Shown: positions 20,814 through 30,778 of the stretch, in pieces
Numbering within the stretch: the stretch's first letter is position 1
How the letters are laid out: each line of letters begins with the position of its first letter
Source of the DNA: a virus
Lineage: Duplodnaviria > Heunggongvirae > Uroviricota > Caudoviricetes
IMG/VR virus record: IMGVR_UViG_3300037510_000134
Reading direction: 5' to 3' (one strand)
DNA length: 59,256 nucleotides
The notes under the pieces: model-generated
Database searches by the model: none
The model's input: only the letters and a program-made list of their open reading frames with translations
What the model was told of the DNA's origin: nothing
Translations under genes and position numbers: made by a program

Positions 20814-22379
20814 TTATGATCCACCTGCACCCAAAATGGCCCATGCGTAGCTATAGGAATTGAATCCTTGGCCTCCCGAGAATGTTCCTTCACTTATAGC
20901 CACAGTTTCTGATACATTCAGTAAATCAATACCGGTTAATATACTATATAAAACACTTATAACATCTGTATCCAATACAGATGGGTAAGATGCAAGTGTC
21001 ATATAAGAAATGGTAGTTGATGGAGCTAATCCGTCGTTACTATTCAAGTAGAAGTCTAAAGAGGTAGGAGAATCGTGTGTAAGTACCAGATGATTCCATT
21101 GATCGTACCTAACATCAGTTAGATCTGTAACTAGCTGACCATTTAGATAAGCAGTATAACCAGTAATAGATGCTGTTGGGCCATAAGAAACAGAACCATC
21201 TGAACTATAAAATACATATGTATCAATGCCTTCATCTACTGGCTTAAATACTATTTCTACAGTACCTGGCGGATCTTCTGCAATCCAGGTCCCCACATAA
21301 GTCGATTCTGGCAATTTAACTCCATCTGGTAAATTGACAATGGATTCAGATGGATCACTGTATAAAGCTTGCCCAATTAATTCTAGATCTGCTGGAGTTT
21401 CGTACAATATATCACCGTTGTAAATGGTTTCTATAGTAATAGTAAAATCATCTTCTACTTCTGTAGAATTTACTATAAATCTTATATTAGATTCATCTAC
21501 AGCGCTCACCAAGAGATATTCAGTAAAGTCACCAGATTGATCAAAATCTATATCATAAGAAACAACAACTCGCTCATCATTAGCTCTTACAATGATATAG
21601 TCTAAGCCTTGGTTAATTTGTGTGACAAGATAACTAAACACATATTGATCTCCATTAACAAAACTTGAATCACTCAAGGTCAGGGTGAGCTTAGTACCCC
21701 GCCTATATCCATCAAATTTAGTTACCCTCCCACCATTTCTACGAGCAACGTAGTTTGAATATCCAGAATATTTGTCGTCTATTATATCTACCTTATTACT
21801 TACGGTTTTCCCATAAAACCCTATACCATCTACTAGATACTTATATCCAGAATACCCCCCGCCAATTGTAATATTTGAACTATCTAGAATAGAATCTTGA
21901 TATGTAAGAATACTGCCCACGCCGTTTACAGATAAGGTAGCTTGAGTCGCAGTAATAGTTACAACAATATATAACTTTTTATTCCAGTCCTTAATATTGA
22001 CCGTTGTAGTTTTAGAATATGTAGATAACAAGTTCTCAAAAAAGAGTTTTAGCGTTATACCATCTGGAGTTATCAGTAAGGCGTTCTGCCCATCGTCATC
22101 TACAAGTATGGAAACATCCTCTGTTGGACGGCCAGCAAATATTACACATTCAAAACTTGTCTTATCACTAAAGAATATAGGATTACCAACAACATCTACA
22201 GTAGTAGAATCCGTCATAAGAAAAGAGAATTCACTTCCGTAAATTACAGGCTGTCCAATAGGAGATAAATTATTGCTAGATAAGCTAAATGCGCCAGTAC
22301 CTGATTTATCTACGGTATCTGGCGCCGATAGATATAACTTTGGTCTGTCACCAAATGCAATCTTATCAAATGTGCTCAT
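20814..22379 (-). CDS. Structural protein with ConA/LamG-like domains
   Basis: 521 aa; N- and C-terminal beta-sandwich motifs (LYIVVTIT..ATLSVNG; YLNGQ...QWNHLVLT). Confidence 0.65.
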   Translation of the reverse strand: MSTFDKIAFGDRPKLYLSAPDTVDKSGTGAFSLSSNNLSPIGQPVIYGSEFSFLMTDSTTVDVVGNPIFFSDKTSFECVIFAGRPTEDVSILVDDDGQNALLITPDGITLKLFFENLLSTYSKTTTVNIKDWNKKLYIVVTITATQATLSVNGVGSILTYQDSILDSSNITIGGGYSGYKYLVDGIGFYGKTVSNKVDIIDDKYSGYSNYVARRNGGRVTKFDGYRRGTKLTLTLSDSSFVNGDQYVFSYLVTQINQGLDYIIVRANDERVVVSYDIDFDQSGDFTEYLLVSAVDESNIRFIVNSTEVEDDFTITIETIYNGDILYETPADLELIGQALYSDPSESIVNLPDGVKLPESTYVGTWIAEDPPGTVEIVFKPVDEGIDTYVFYSSDGSVSYGPTASITGYTAYLNGQLVTDLTDVRYDQWNHLVLTHDSPTSLDFYLNSNDGLAPSTTISYMTLASYPSVLDTDVISVLYSILTGIDLLNVSETVAISEGTFSGGQGFNSYSYAWAILGAGGS

Positions 22380-22822
22380 TATGAACTAATCCAATAAACC
22401 TTTCCGCCAATAGACCATCCAGGAATGGAAATCGCATTTCCAGATCCTGAACTTACCGGAATTGCTGGGTAAGGTGTGGGAGTAAGTAAACGTGTTGTGA
22501 TTACACATACACTTATATCATTAGTTGATGTGTAATTAATAGTAGTTGTGGATTCTCCAGCATACAAACCACGCTCAACTCTTTCATTAGCGCCTAATGT
22601 CCAATTCTGATAATTATTGCCAAGATCGCCACCAGTACGTCTCACTCTAATCTTTCCATCACCCGCATCTGGATAGTAAAAAAGCCATGAATGGATAGTG
22701 GCATTTGATCCATATGTAGACAAGGAAAGTGTTTCTGCCCCCACCCAAGATCCACATTTAGGCAAAGAAAAGTGCTTAGTCACATTAGTGCCAGCTGGTA
22801 GTGTTAAAACTTGTGTAGCCAT
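22379..22822 (-). CDS. Hypothetical protein
   Basis: 147 aa, RBS GGAGG, TAATG coupling to the next gene. Confidence 0.75.
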   Translation of the reverse strand: MATQVLTLPAGTNVTKHFSLPKCGSWVGAETLSLSTYGSNATIHSWLFYYPDAGDGKIRVRRTGGDLGNNYQNWTLGANERVERGLYAGESTTTINYTSTNDISVCVITTRLLTPTPYPAIPVSSGSGNAISIPGWSIGGKVYWISS

Positions 22823-22864
22823 AATCCCTCCATATTTATTGTATAGTATTTATAAACAATAAAC

Positions 22865-22888
22865 AAATAGGGCCAGCAGGCCCTATTT
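22865..22888 (-). terminator. Terminator after the endolysin gene
   Basis: AAATAGGGCC/GGCCCTATTT 10-bp inverted repeat. Confidence 0.75.
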
Positions 22889-22900
22889 GCTATTTCAATA

Positions 22901-23845
22901 TTATTTGTTCCACTGTGTACGTGTTACATTGACAATTGCTGTTTCTACCGCTGCTCTGATCTGTTCTGGAGTTATATTACCAGAAGGACTTATTTTACTA
23001 GCTACAGCAGTAGCAATTGCTTCCTCATCTACATCCACTTCTGGAGTAGCTAGAGCATCTACCTTATCTTCTAGATCTGAAATACGACTATCCAAATCAA
23101 GGATTCTATTGACAATGTAATTTCCATCTAGAGAATCTAGTACTGATGCTGGAACCGCGTTCGCAGTACCTTCAGCAACTTGACTAATTGTCCCATCTTG
23201 ATTCTTTACATACCAACGTTGTTGTAACATACCAAAAATACGATTATACAACGCTCTCTGTTCTGCATCTGATAATCCTGACAAAAAACTTCCACCTCCT
23301 AAACCTGCTATTTCTTGTGCTCTTGAAATAATCTGTGGCATCTGAGATATACGTCTATCACCTGGACAAACCTTACCTCTAGATGTTGACCATAGTTCTC
23401 CGCCGGCAATTCGGCCATTTGTAAAATTGCCATCTATGCCTTGTCTATGATAGCCAATACCTGCGCTATTACGTCTGCTATCAGGTAGTGCTACCAGGGG
23501 AATACCATGTACTTGATGCGCCCAAGCCGCAATTTTTGCAATAGCTTCGACCTGTGCTGGTGTCCATGCTGGGACATCACTGCCTGACCAAGAACCAAAG
23601 GCAGCTCCATGATCTTCTGTTTCAATGGCTATCACATGCGAATTACCTTGATAGTTAGCCGCAGATTGTCTATTGGTATCTCTATGCTGCCAGATATATC
23701 CGTCTGACCTAACTGAGAAGTGAGCTGCAATGGCAGGAGCGTATCCTACAATAGTATGAGTACACACTACATTTGGTGTACATGCTAAAGCTGAGTTGCC
23801 ATCATCTGCTCTTTTACTTGTATCTACTCCCGGCATCCATGCCAT
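22901..23845 (-). CDS. Endolysin, N-acetylmuramoyl-L-alanine amidase (Amidase_2-like)
   Basis: VVCTHT, AAHFSVRSDGYIWQH, IAIETED, GKVCPG; Gly linker, then a helical C-terminus; RBS AAGGAGG. Confidence 0.85.
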   Translation of the reverse strand: MAWMPGVDTSKRADDGNSALACTPNVVCTHTIVGYAPAIAAHFSVRSDGYIWQHRDTNRQSAANYQGNSHVIAIETEDHGAAFGSWSGSDVPAWTPAQVEAIAKIAAWAHQVHGIPLVALPDSRRNSAGIGYHRQGIDGNFTNGRIAGGELWSTSRGKVCPGDRRISQMPQIISRAQEIAGLGGGSFLSGLSDAEQRALYNRIFGMLQQRWYVKNQDGTISQVAEGTANAVPASVLDSLDGNYIVNRILDLDSRISDLEDKVDALATPEVDVDEEAIATAVASKISPSGNITPEQIRAAVETAIVNVTRTQWNK

Positions 23846-23894
23846 ATTTTCTACCTCCTTCCACCCTATACTTACATATTACCGTATAAAATGC

Positions 23895-23927
23895 AAAGAG
23901 CGCCAGAAACCTAATCTGGCGCTCTTT
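23895..23927 (-). terminator. Terminator after nrdJ
   Basis: 13-bp inverted repeat AAAGAGCGCCAGA/TCTGGCGCTCTTT. Confidence 0.85.
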
Positions 23928-24006
23928 TAAGGTAGCGAAATATATATACTGCACGACCGGTTTTACTTCTCGGCTGTCACGGAGGACTCCGCACCGATCT
24001 CTTTAA

Positions 24007-26040
24007 TTATACTTTCTCAGCCTTTATTTCGCAAACATCAGTACTACAATATCTTTCGCCCTCTGCGTCTGCTCCATTTAAATATGCATCATCCATATCA
24101 ATTGGTTGAAGCCTTCCTATATAACTACCATATTCTTCTTCAGAAATTTCTGTATATGGTTGTTGTTGATACACATCATTACCCATTGGTAGGAAGGAAA
24201 TAGTCTTAAGTTTTCCTTCATACATATTCAATACAGTTGGAACATATTCTGCCTCTAGTTTCTTGTCAAAGCTTATTGTGGCACTGACTGCATTATCCGC
24301 CCAATGTCTTTGAGCTTCTGAAGCTAGATTAATCTTTTCAAAAATTGATACTTCTTTTTCCCCGCGAACATTTGTCTCGATTGGGAAATAAACAACTACG
24401 GTATTACGTGAGACAACATCTTGTTCTACAGTGTATCCTGCGAGCATGAATTTAGGGACCATAGGGTCATCTGAGGCAAATCTAATGGCTCTTAAGTAAT
24501 GCTTTCCACCTGGAGGCCAATGCACACCGGGGGTTGCTCCTGACAATAAACTAACTGTTCCGCTCGGCTTGATACTTGTTGTCTTAACAGACTCACGAAC
24601 ACCAAGCCATTCTGAATATTCATGATCTCGCTTCTGGATTTCTTCATAGCCTTCATTCCACCATTCTCTTAGAGCTGGCAAACCGTGGGTGTCATAGAAA
24701 CCTGAAACGCCTGTAACGCTAGCTCCGATTCTACGATTTCTTTGCATCACTGCATTTGTACGATCCCAATGTGTACTCAAAAGTGTAATAGTTTTACCAT
24801 ACAAATAAGCAAATTTAAGAGTACGTAAAAAATCTTCCTTTGATTCTGCTCTATTAATATGTACTTCTACTAGCGTACAACATTCAAATGATTCTAATGT
24901 CTGTTCAGCGCAAGGATTGACTCCTGCTACCCGGCGATCTTTGTTGTTTGATGGATCTAGTAGCCGACCATATCCTCTAGCTGTATCTATCCAAATAAAT
25001 CCCGGCTCTCCATTTGTTGCAATAAGATTAGTAAATCTATCATAATCTTGGCCAACCTTAACCGACAATGTGTTATTAGACATCCAACCCCATCCAGGAT
25101 TTTCTGGGTCATAACTATTACGTTCTGGGAAGTATTCTGGGTTCTTTAGATTAATAAAATCTTCGTCATCGGGTTCGCCCAAACCAATCTCCGCGCTTCT
25201 GCGTACATTGCCGGCTACTACACAAGTACCAATCAGATTCATTAAATCTGCAATAAGTCTTGAACTTACAGTATTACCGATTTCCGACTCAAATATCTCT
25301 GTCATTTTATTGTGAATGTCGATAAGTGGTTGTGGCCCGCTGGCTGTACCTCCGAATCCACGAATGGGTTCGCCCTTTGGCCTAATATCATTATAGTCAA
25401 ATACTACATATTGTTGGTTAGGCTTCATATAAGAATTAATCAACAATCTCACTGAATCAGCCCAGCCCTCACGTGAGTCAGGAATCCGATAGGTAACGTT
25501 GCATTCGTTAAAATCACCATCTGGCTGTTGAATGATGATGCCCTTATCCTTGCCTTTTGTATCCCAGCCAACACCAACACCTAGCATTAATGCATCCATA
25601 ACCCAAGAAAATACAAAGCCTGGATCGTTTCTATCAATATCTGCGGTAGAAACAAAGGCACAGTTTTGTAGAGCCGCTCCGCCGTTTTCACCTTTCATAA
25701 CAAACTCGGTACCCATCATCCACAAACCACGACCTGGTGGAGTCCACTTAAATTGAAACATTCTATCGTAAGCTTCCTGAGCTGATGCCTGAGCCTTACG
25801 ATCGTTCCAAGGTAGACGATTAGCTTTTACATAGTCTTTCTGGATAGAGTACATGCCCTCAATTACTCGCTGACATACTTCCCACCATTTCTCTTTAGTT
25901 CCATTTTCTTTAATTCTAGAATATGTTCTTATAAATGTTAGTTCACCAATAGAGTTTCCACCAGCATCTTTAAAGCCCCAATCAACATCCCTATCTTTGT
26001 ACTTCTCGATAAATGCCTCGGGGAGGCTAAAGCTCATCAA
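24007..26040 (-). CDS. nrdJ: Class II (adenosylcobalamin-dependent) ribonucleotide reductase
   Basis: WTPPGRGLW, LQNCAF, NVRRSAEI, SNN, NPCAEQTL, TSIKPSGTVS, C-terminal CSTDVC; monomeric RTPR-like; no intein seen. Confidence 0.95.
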   Translation of the reverse strand: MMSFSLPEAFIEKYKDRDVDWGFKDAGGNSIGELTFIRTYSRIKENGTKEKWWEVCQRVIEGMYSIQKDYVKANRLPWNDRKAQASAQEAYDRMFQFKWTPPGRGLWMMGTEFVMKGENGGAALQNCAFVSTADIDRNDPGFVFSWVMDALMLGVGVGWDTKGKDKGIIIQQPDGDFNECNVTYRIPDSREGWADSVRLLINSYMKPNQQYVVFDYNDIRPKGEPIRGFGGTASGPQPLIDIHNKMTEIFESEIGNTVSSRLIADLMNLIGTCVVAGNVRRSAEIGLGEPDDEDFINLKNPEYFPERNSYDPENPGWGWMSNNTLSVKVGQDYDRFTNLIATNGEPGFIWIDTARGYGRLLDPSNNKDRRVAGVNPCAEQTLESFECCTLVEVHINRAESKEDFLRTLKFAYLYGKTITLLSTHWDRTNAVMQRNRRIGASVTGVSGFYDTHGLPALREWWNEGYEEIQKRDHEYSEWLGVRESVKTTSIKPSGTVSLLSGATPGVHWPPGGKHYLRAIRFASDDPMVPKFMLAGYTVEQDVVSRNTVVVYFPIETNVRGEKEVSIFEKINLASEAQRHWADNAVSATISFDKKLEAEYVPTVLNMYEGKLKTISFLPMGNDVYQQQPYTEISEEEYGSYIGRLQPIDMDDAYLNGADAEGERYCSTDVCEIKAEKV

Positions 26041-26437
26041 TATAGTTCAATTCCTTTCTTATGTATATCATAGCCTTATAAAATCCAATGTAACTAGCAG
26101 CGTTATGCATTTTATCTACGTTATCGTCAAGAAGGCCAATGGCTGTATTGCAGCGCGGGCAAAGTAATCCTCTTAGACATTTTCCACAAGTTTTTGATCC
26201 TGGACAACAGCTATGATCATGGTCAACACAAAGCGTACCTACTTCTTCTGGTGTCGCCGGGCAAATAGCACAGTGGCCATTTTGTTCTTTTAGCTTCTCT
26301 AAATATTGCCCTTTAGTTATTCCATATCTATCGAAAAGCTTTACATCTACTGAGCAATCTCTACACTCTTTACGTTTAGAATTAAAACCTTCTAATGGAA
26401 CATCCTCTCCACACATATAGCAATTTTTTGTTGTCAT
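26027..26437 (-). CDS. Endonuclease VII-like (His-Me finger) nuclease, possibly a homing endonuclease
   Basis: CAIC...LCVDHDH...RGLLCPRCNTAIG motif plus N-terminal CxxC pairs; TGG-TATAAT just upstream. Confidence 0.88.
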   Translation of the reverse strand: MTTKNCYMCGEDVPLEGFNSKRKECRDCSVDVKLFDRYGITKGQYLEKLKEQNGHCAICPATPEEVGTLCVDHDHSCCPGSKTCGKCLRGLLCPRCNTAIGLLDDNVDKMHNAASYIGFYKAMIYIRKELNYIDEL

Positions 26438-26463
26438 GATTATTTGATTATACCATTCTGTTA

Positions 26464-27462
26464 TTAGTCTTCATCACCAAATCTAGCAAATACGTCAGAA
26501 AATGCCTGGTCAGTGAGAGTTTTCCAATCAGCCCAATCATGGACTTTAAAGGATTGTTTGTAATATTTTGGTAACAATGAATCAATATTGTCTTTTACAT
26601 ATCGCAGCTTGTCTACCAAGTCATCAAAGTTCGGTTTTAACACCATTCCCGGATGCATATCTGGCCAAGGACTAGGTACATATCCTGAATCCAGACCAAG
26701 GTCACCCATGAACTCACTATACGGGGAGCATTCGCGAGTTGCAATCGTCGGCATGCCCGTGGCTAAAGCCTGCTGCCCGGGTAATCCAAATCCTTCTCCA
26801 GAACTGGCACTAACAAAACAATGACTTGCATTAAACAATTTTATCATCTGATCTTCTTCATATATCTTTGAAATAATTGATACGTTTCCCCCAGGAACTC
26901 CAATTATATTTCTACCTTGATAGACTCTGACATCCGACTCATATTTTTCTTTCATTATGAGATGCACATCATTGCTATCTCCAAATGCAGCTTTGAAGGC
27001 GTCAAATATCATCTGAGGATTTTTACGAGACGCGCCACCCTCATAAAGGAATCTAATTTTATCACTTACTGTTCTCTTAAATGGTGCCCAAACGGGATCA
27101 ACGCCATGGCGATACACTTTTGCAACCTTATATCCATTATCTTGAAGCATCCATTTAACCCATGGACTTGCGGCCCATATCTCATCTACTTCGTGGTCAA
27201 GGATGTCGTACCAATCCTCTTGTAATTTGGTACTCTCCCAGGCACAAAGATAGATTTGATGTTGATTGGGCCTTAAGCTGTCAGCGAAGACAGATGGAAA
27301 GCAGAAGTTTAATTGCACTGGTGCTCTTGGATTATCCCATGGTACCTTGTGACCAAGTCGTTGTAATGAAGTGACTATTCCATAGCCCGCCACTCCATAC
27401 CCACCATATGTATGCAGGTCACCAGGGTTTGTTACATAACTGATATCCACTTTCTTCTCCAA
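26464..27462 (-). CDS. Glycosyltransferase (GT-B fold)
   Basis: YGGYG N-terminal loop; FVSASSGEGFGLPGQQALATGMPTI matches the GT-B EgFgl..lEA.a.G.PvI signature. Confidence 0.88.
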   Translation of the reverse strand: MEKKVDISYVTNPGDLHTYGGYGVAGYGIVTSLQRLGHKVPWDNPRAPVQLNFCFPSVFADSLRPNQHQIYLCAWESTKLQEDWYDILDHEVDEIWAASPWVKWMLQDNGYKVAKVYRHGVDPVWAPFKRTVSDKIRFLYEGGASRKNPQMIFDAFKAAFGDSNDVHLIMKEKYESDVRVYQGRNIIGVPGGNVSIISKIYEEDQMIKLFNASHCFVSASSGEGFGLPGQQALATGMPTIATRECSPYSEFMGDLGLDSGYVPSPWPDMHPGMVLKPNFDDLVDKLRYVKDNIDSLLPKYYKQSFKVHDWADWKTLTDQAFSDVFARFGDED

Positions 27463-27673
27463 TCTGTTAGCTGAAGCTTATCAGCAAGCGCCTTAGTGAG
27501 CAACTGATCAAGTTGACAGATCCTATATGAACCATATATAGTCCTTATACTGGATCTTATAAGAGATATATGTACAACAACTTAACAATTGATGATATAT
27601 CCCTTGACTTTAAAAAAGAATTACTTGTACTTTTGCGTAGCAAAAGTACCAAATATATATTAAGGAAAATAAG
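27463..27673. promoter_or_regulatory. Divergent AT-rich promoter region between the leftward and rightward arms
   Basis: Gene orientation flips here; TTGACT-N18-TACTTT with TG extension on the plus strand (27604-27633). Confidence 0.55.
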
Positions 27674-27856
27674 ATGCAATTAGACTTTAATGGATTCGAT
27701 CGCGTGGATGTAATAAAAATCATAAGTTGCTTGTCGGTTTTTGCAGAAGAATGTGAGAAACAGGGTGTCAAATTTAACAAATACACCGAAGAAGAACTAT
27801 ATAAGATTCTTATGATGTACCGGGCTTGGAAGCTATCAGGGGAGCCCCCGTTCTAG
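27674..27856 (+). CDS. Hypothetical protein
   Basis: RBS AAGGA; first gene of the rightward arm. Confidence 0.7.
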   Translation: MQLDFNGFDRVDVIKIISCLSVFAEECEKQGVKFNKYTEEELYKILMMYRAWKLSGEPPF

Positions 27857-27859
27857 AGG

Positions 27860-28126
27860 TTGACGTTGGGCTCTCCATGTGTTACTCTGGGTGCAACGAT
27901 GAACATAGAGATGATCAACACTTACCAGATGTGGGCGAAGCGTGGATATGTTACCCCTTTGACCTGCAAAAATCACGTCTTTCACGATTTAATACCTTTC
28001 TATGGGCCAAATGGCATCTATCTTATATGCCCACGTGAGGACTACAAACGTGATCTTGGAAAGATCGATTATTCAATTATAAAGCGTAAAGTAGAGATGG
28101 CAGAAATGCTTTGGAGACTTAGATGA
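27860..28126 (+). CDS. Hypothetical protein
   Basis: ORF track; an alternative ATG at 27899; coupled to the next gene. Confidence 0.65.
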   Translation: MTLGSPCVTLGATMNIEMINTYQMWAKRGYVTPLTCKNHVFHDLIPFYGPNGIYLICPREDYKRDLGKIDYSIIKRKVEMAEMLWRLR

Positions 28127-28383
28127 GGGTAAAAGATCTAAAACGACTTTTAGAAACATTTGATGATGGCGCAACGGTCCTTATGTCAAAGGATGGAGAA
28201 GGTAGCGCTTTTAAGCATGTTCAAACTGTAGAAGATGTAGTGGTGTTTGAGACATATGAATACAGTTGTGAAGATTGGGGATGCCCAGGCTGTGACAATA
28301 TACATGAAGATTTAAATCAAATTGAAGACATACCAGAAGATGTGTCTGACCATAAAGTAGTTATGATTTGGCCAAGTTGGTAA
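28123..28383 (+). CDS. Hypothetical protein
   Basis: MRVKDLKRLLETFDD.. N-terminus common in small phage proteins; ATGA overlap. Confidence 0.75.
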   Translation: MRVKDLKRLLETFDDGATVLMSKDGEGSAFKHVQTVEDVVVFETYEYSCEDWGCPGCDNIHEDLNQIEDIPEDVSDHKVVMIWPSW

Positions 28384-28529
28384 TGTGACAATCTATTTGG
28401 CCCATACAGTGTGTATTGTTCTCTGGGTGGCAATGTTATTGGCTAGTTTAGTAATTACAAATGTGGTATTAATAATTGGAACTTTAGTATTCATTTGTAT
28501 CCATATCGGCATAATTTTGGAGAACCTTA

Positions 28530-28799
28530 ATGGAAAACAAATTTGATTGGGAGCCTGGCTATGGCTTCTGTGGTATGAATCAGACCGATAGAATTGCCCT
28601 TGCTGAAGCCCTCGAAGTAGTTCGCCGACTTATTTGTGTTTACAACCCGCCTCCCTATGATTCAGATGTCCGTTGCGACTGTAAGTATGGGGCTAGCGTA
28701 AAAGAAAAGCAGTCTATGGGGTCAGAACACACCGGATGTCCAGAATTAAGGGAAATTATTAATCGTTTGCTTCATCGACCCGAGACGTTGGATGACTAA
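28530..28799 (+). CDS. Hypothetical Cys-containing protein
   Basis: RBS GGAG; operon context. Confidence 0.7.
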   Translation: MENKFDWEPGYGFCGMNQTDRIALAEALEVVRRLICVYNPPPYDSDVRCDCKYGASVKEKQSMGSEHTGCPELREIINRLLHRPETLDD

Positions 28800-29077
28800 T
28801 GTACATGTTAGTAGAATATAAAGAACACGGTTGGCATCCTGGATGTTCACACGTTCATTGTTTAGAAGTACATGACGACTACTATCATCCTGTGATTATT
28901 CTCAACACAAAAGCTCAATTAGTTGAATGGCTTAAGGAAAAGTATCCGGCAGGTAACCTTACGGTTGAAGGCGATTCAGTGGTATATGTTGAACGCTTTA
29001 ACTGGAAAGATGAATCAAAAGGTATTGACACATATTATATGGTAGAAGTGACATTAGGGAAAGTAATTGTATACTAA
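28799..29077 (+). CDS. Hypothetical protein
   Basis: TAATG coupling. Confidence 0.7.
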   Translation: MYMLVEYKEHGWHPGCSHVHCLEVHDDYYHPVIILNTKAQLVEWLKEKYPAGNLTVEGDSVVYVERFNWKDESKGIDTYYMVEVTLGKVIVY

Positions 29078-29363
29078 TACGTACTTATTTATCGGTGGAC
29101 CGGCGGATATGGAAACTAGATTAGTCCCAGGCAATGAAATTGTTGAGATAGCAGAATATATCCCCGAATGGCCTTTGTGGCAATTAGAACCGGGGGTTAT
29201 AAATAGTTCAGTTGTTAAAAAACATACATATCGTAAGAAGAAATTTGCATTTGGTAATATGATTAGGTCAGTTTATGTTCATGTAGAAATGCCTAGTTCA
29301 GAAGCTGAAAGTCATTTCTTCCTTCTAATGACTAAATTATTTGACTTATTTGTGGAGGGGTAA
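29067..29363 (+). CDS. Hypothetical protein
   Basis: TTG start; LFIGGPAD motif. Confidence 0.65.
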   Translation: MYTNTYLFIGGPADMETRLVPGNEIVEIAEYIPEWPLWQLEPGVINSSVVKKHTYRKKKFAFGNMIRSVYVHVEMPSSEAESHFFLLMTKLFDLFVEG

Positions 29364-29381
29364 TGCGTTATTGGAATGAAT

Positions 29382-29543
29382 ATGAGTAAAAAACAATTTG
29401 CTTATTGTGATGTATGTTGTGAACAAAGAGAGTTAAGTGAAAATGGAACTTTTAAGTCTCACAAAACATATTTAGACGGTGGTGACTGGTCTCAGCCATA
29501 CAGAACGTGCCCCCGGTCAAATAAGAAACCAGGAAGAGGATAA
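29382..29543 (+). CDS. Zinc-binding microprotein (CxxC..H..CxxS family)
   Basis: Translated by hand: MSKKQFAYCDVCCEQ..FKSH...RTCPRSNKKP, 53 aa. Confidence 0.65.
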   Translation: MSKKQFAYCDVCCEQRELSENGTFKSHKTYLDGGDWSQPYRTCPRSNKKPGRG

Positions 29544-29549
29544 ATAAAC

Positions 29550-30245
29550 TTGATTGAATTATATAATGGCAAGGGATATGTTAAGTTAATAGATCATTTA
29601 GGTAGCGATTTGAGTTTTACTAAAGCCGCCCGCGCGTCCTTTGCGAAAGATTCTCCTGTATGGAATACTAGGGAGGAAAAACTACTTTCATTTCTTATTA
29701 AGAATGAGCATTTTAGTGTTTTTAGACATGCAGCTGTAACTTTTCAGATTAAAGCGCCACTCATGGTAGCTCGGCAACATTGGAAGTATACTGTGGGGTC
29801 TGCACATCTTGATGATCAAAACGGCTGGAATGAAACCAGTAGGAGATATGTCTCAGTAGATACTGAATTCTATATCCCAGGATATGATCAATGGCGTTCA
29901 AAACCTGAAAATGCAAAGCAAGGATCTGGATCTCCAGTTGATTCTGGTCTAGGATTGACAATGAGTATGGCCTTAGAAGAACATATCGCAGAAAGCGTTT
30001 CACTATTTGAAGCAGCCTTGGCGGAAGGCATAGCTACTGAACAAGCTCGACTATTCCTCCCTGCATTTGGTCTTATGCAATATTATCAATGGACAGTATC
30101 TGTTGCTAATTTAATTCATTTCTTCAAGGAGCGACTAGCTCATGATGCGCAGCTTGAAATGCAGGAATTGGCTCAAGGTGTCTACAAGTTGACACAACCT
30201 CTCTATCCTGCTACATTCAAGGCACTTGGATTGGAGATCGAATGA
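29550..30245 (+). CDS. thyX: FAD-dependent thymidylate synthase
   Basis: EHFSVFRH, PLMVARQ, WNETSRRY, EQARLFLP, ERLAHDAQLEMQ. Confidence 0.93.
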   Translation: MIELYNGKGYVKLIDHLGSDLSFTKAARASFAKDSPVWNTREEKLLSFLIKNEHFSVFRHAAVTFQIKAPLMVARQHWKYTVGSAHLDDQNGWNETSRRYVSVDTEFYIPGYDQWRSKPENAKQGSGSPVDSGLGLTMSMALEEHIAESVSLFEAALAEGIATEQARLFLPAFGLMQYYQWTVSVANLIHFFKERLAHDAQLEMQELAQGVYKLTQPLYPATFKALGLEIE

Positions 30246-30421
30246 ACGTGCAAGAGCTTCTGGAAAGTCAGATTTCACAGGCTGAAAAAGAGCTAAAGAG
30301 ACTTGAAAAGGAAGAAGAGTTAGCGACTTATATGTTACAAAAAACTCATAATAATCGTGTGGATGCTGAATTACATCTCGCAGAATTGCAAGAAGCGCTT
30401 GATCTTTGGATTGATCAATGA
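30242..30421 (+). CDS. Small coiled-coil protein
   Basis: Translated by hand, 59 aa: MNVQELLESQISQAEKELKRLE..; ATGA overlap. Confidence 0.65.
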   Translation: MNVQELLESQISQAEKELKRLEKEEELATYMLQKTHNNRVDAELHLAELQEALDLWIDQ

Positions 30422-30558
30422 GCTATAAAGTAGATGTTTATATAGATGGTCTTTGGGTAAAGACTTATTATGATGTTCCCGGCGATTCTGAAATGGACGC
30501 TCAAGAACATATTGAAGAAACAATGGCGTTAGATTTCACAGTGGAAGAAAATGATTGA
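30418..30558 (+). CDS. Hypothetical microprotein
   Basis: Translated by hand, 46 aa: MSYKVDVYIDGLWVKTYYDV..; overlaps both neighbours. Confidence 0.6.
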   Translation: MSYKVDVYIDGLWVKTYYDVPGDSEMDAQEHIEETMALDFTVEEND

Positions 30559-30778
30559 TAAACCTATTTACCGACAACTGCAAGCTGCTGTCGGGGATGC
30601 TGATGGACAGCTAGCCATTGCGATTGTTCTAGACGAACTGACATCAATCTTTGAAATGTTCGCAGAAGAAATAGAATGGCTTTACGAAGAAGATCCAGAG
30701 AACGATAATATGTCAGCTGGATATAGGCTAGCTGCTAGTTGGTGCCAATGTTGGTCGGAGGAGGTTAAAAATGTCTGA
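30551..30778 (+). CDS. Hypothetical protein
   Basis: ORF track; coupled. Confidence 0.65.
   Translation: MIDKPIYRQLQAAVGDADGQLAIAIVLDELTSIFEMFAEEIEWLYEEDPENDNMSAGYRLAASWCQCWSEEVKNV

Noticed and set aside
1091-27374. Short plus-strand and alternate-frame ORFs inside the structural, nrdJ and glycosyltransferase genes
   Set aside because: Shadow ORFs of long, well-supported genes, with no initiation signals.
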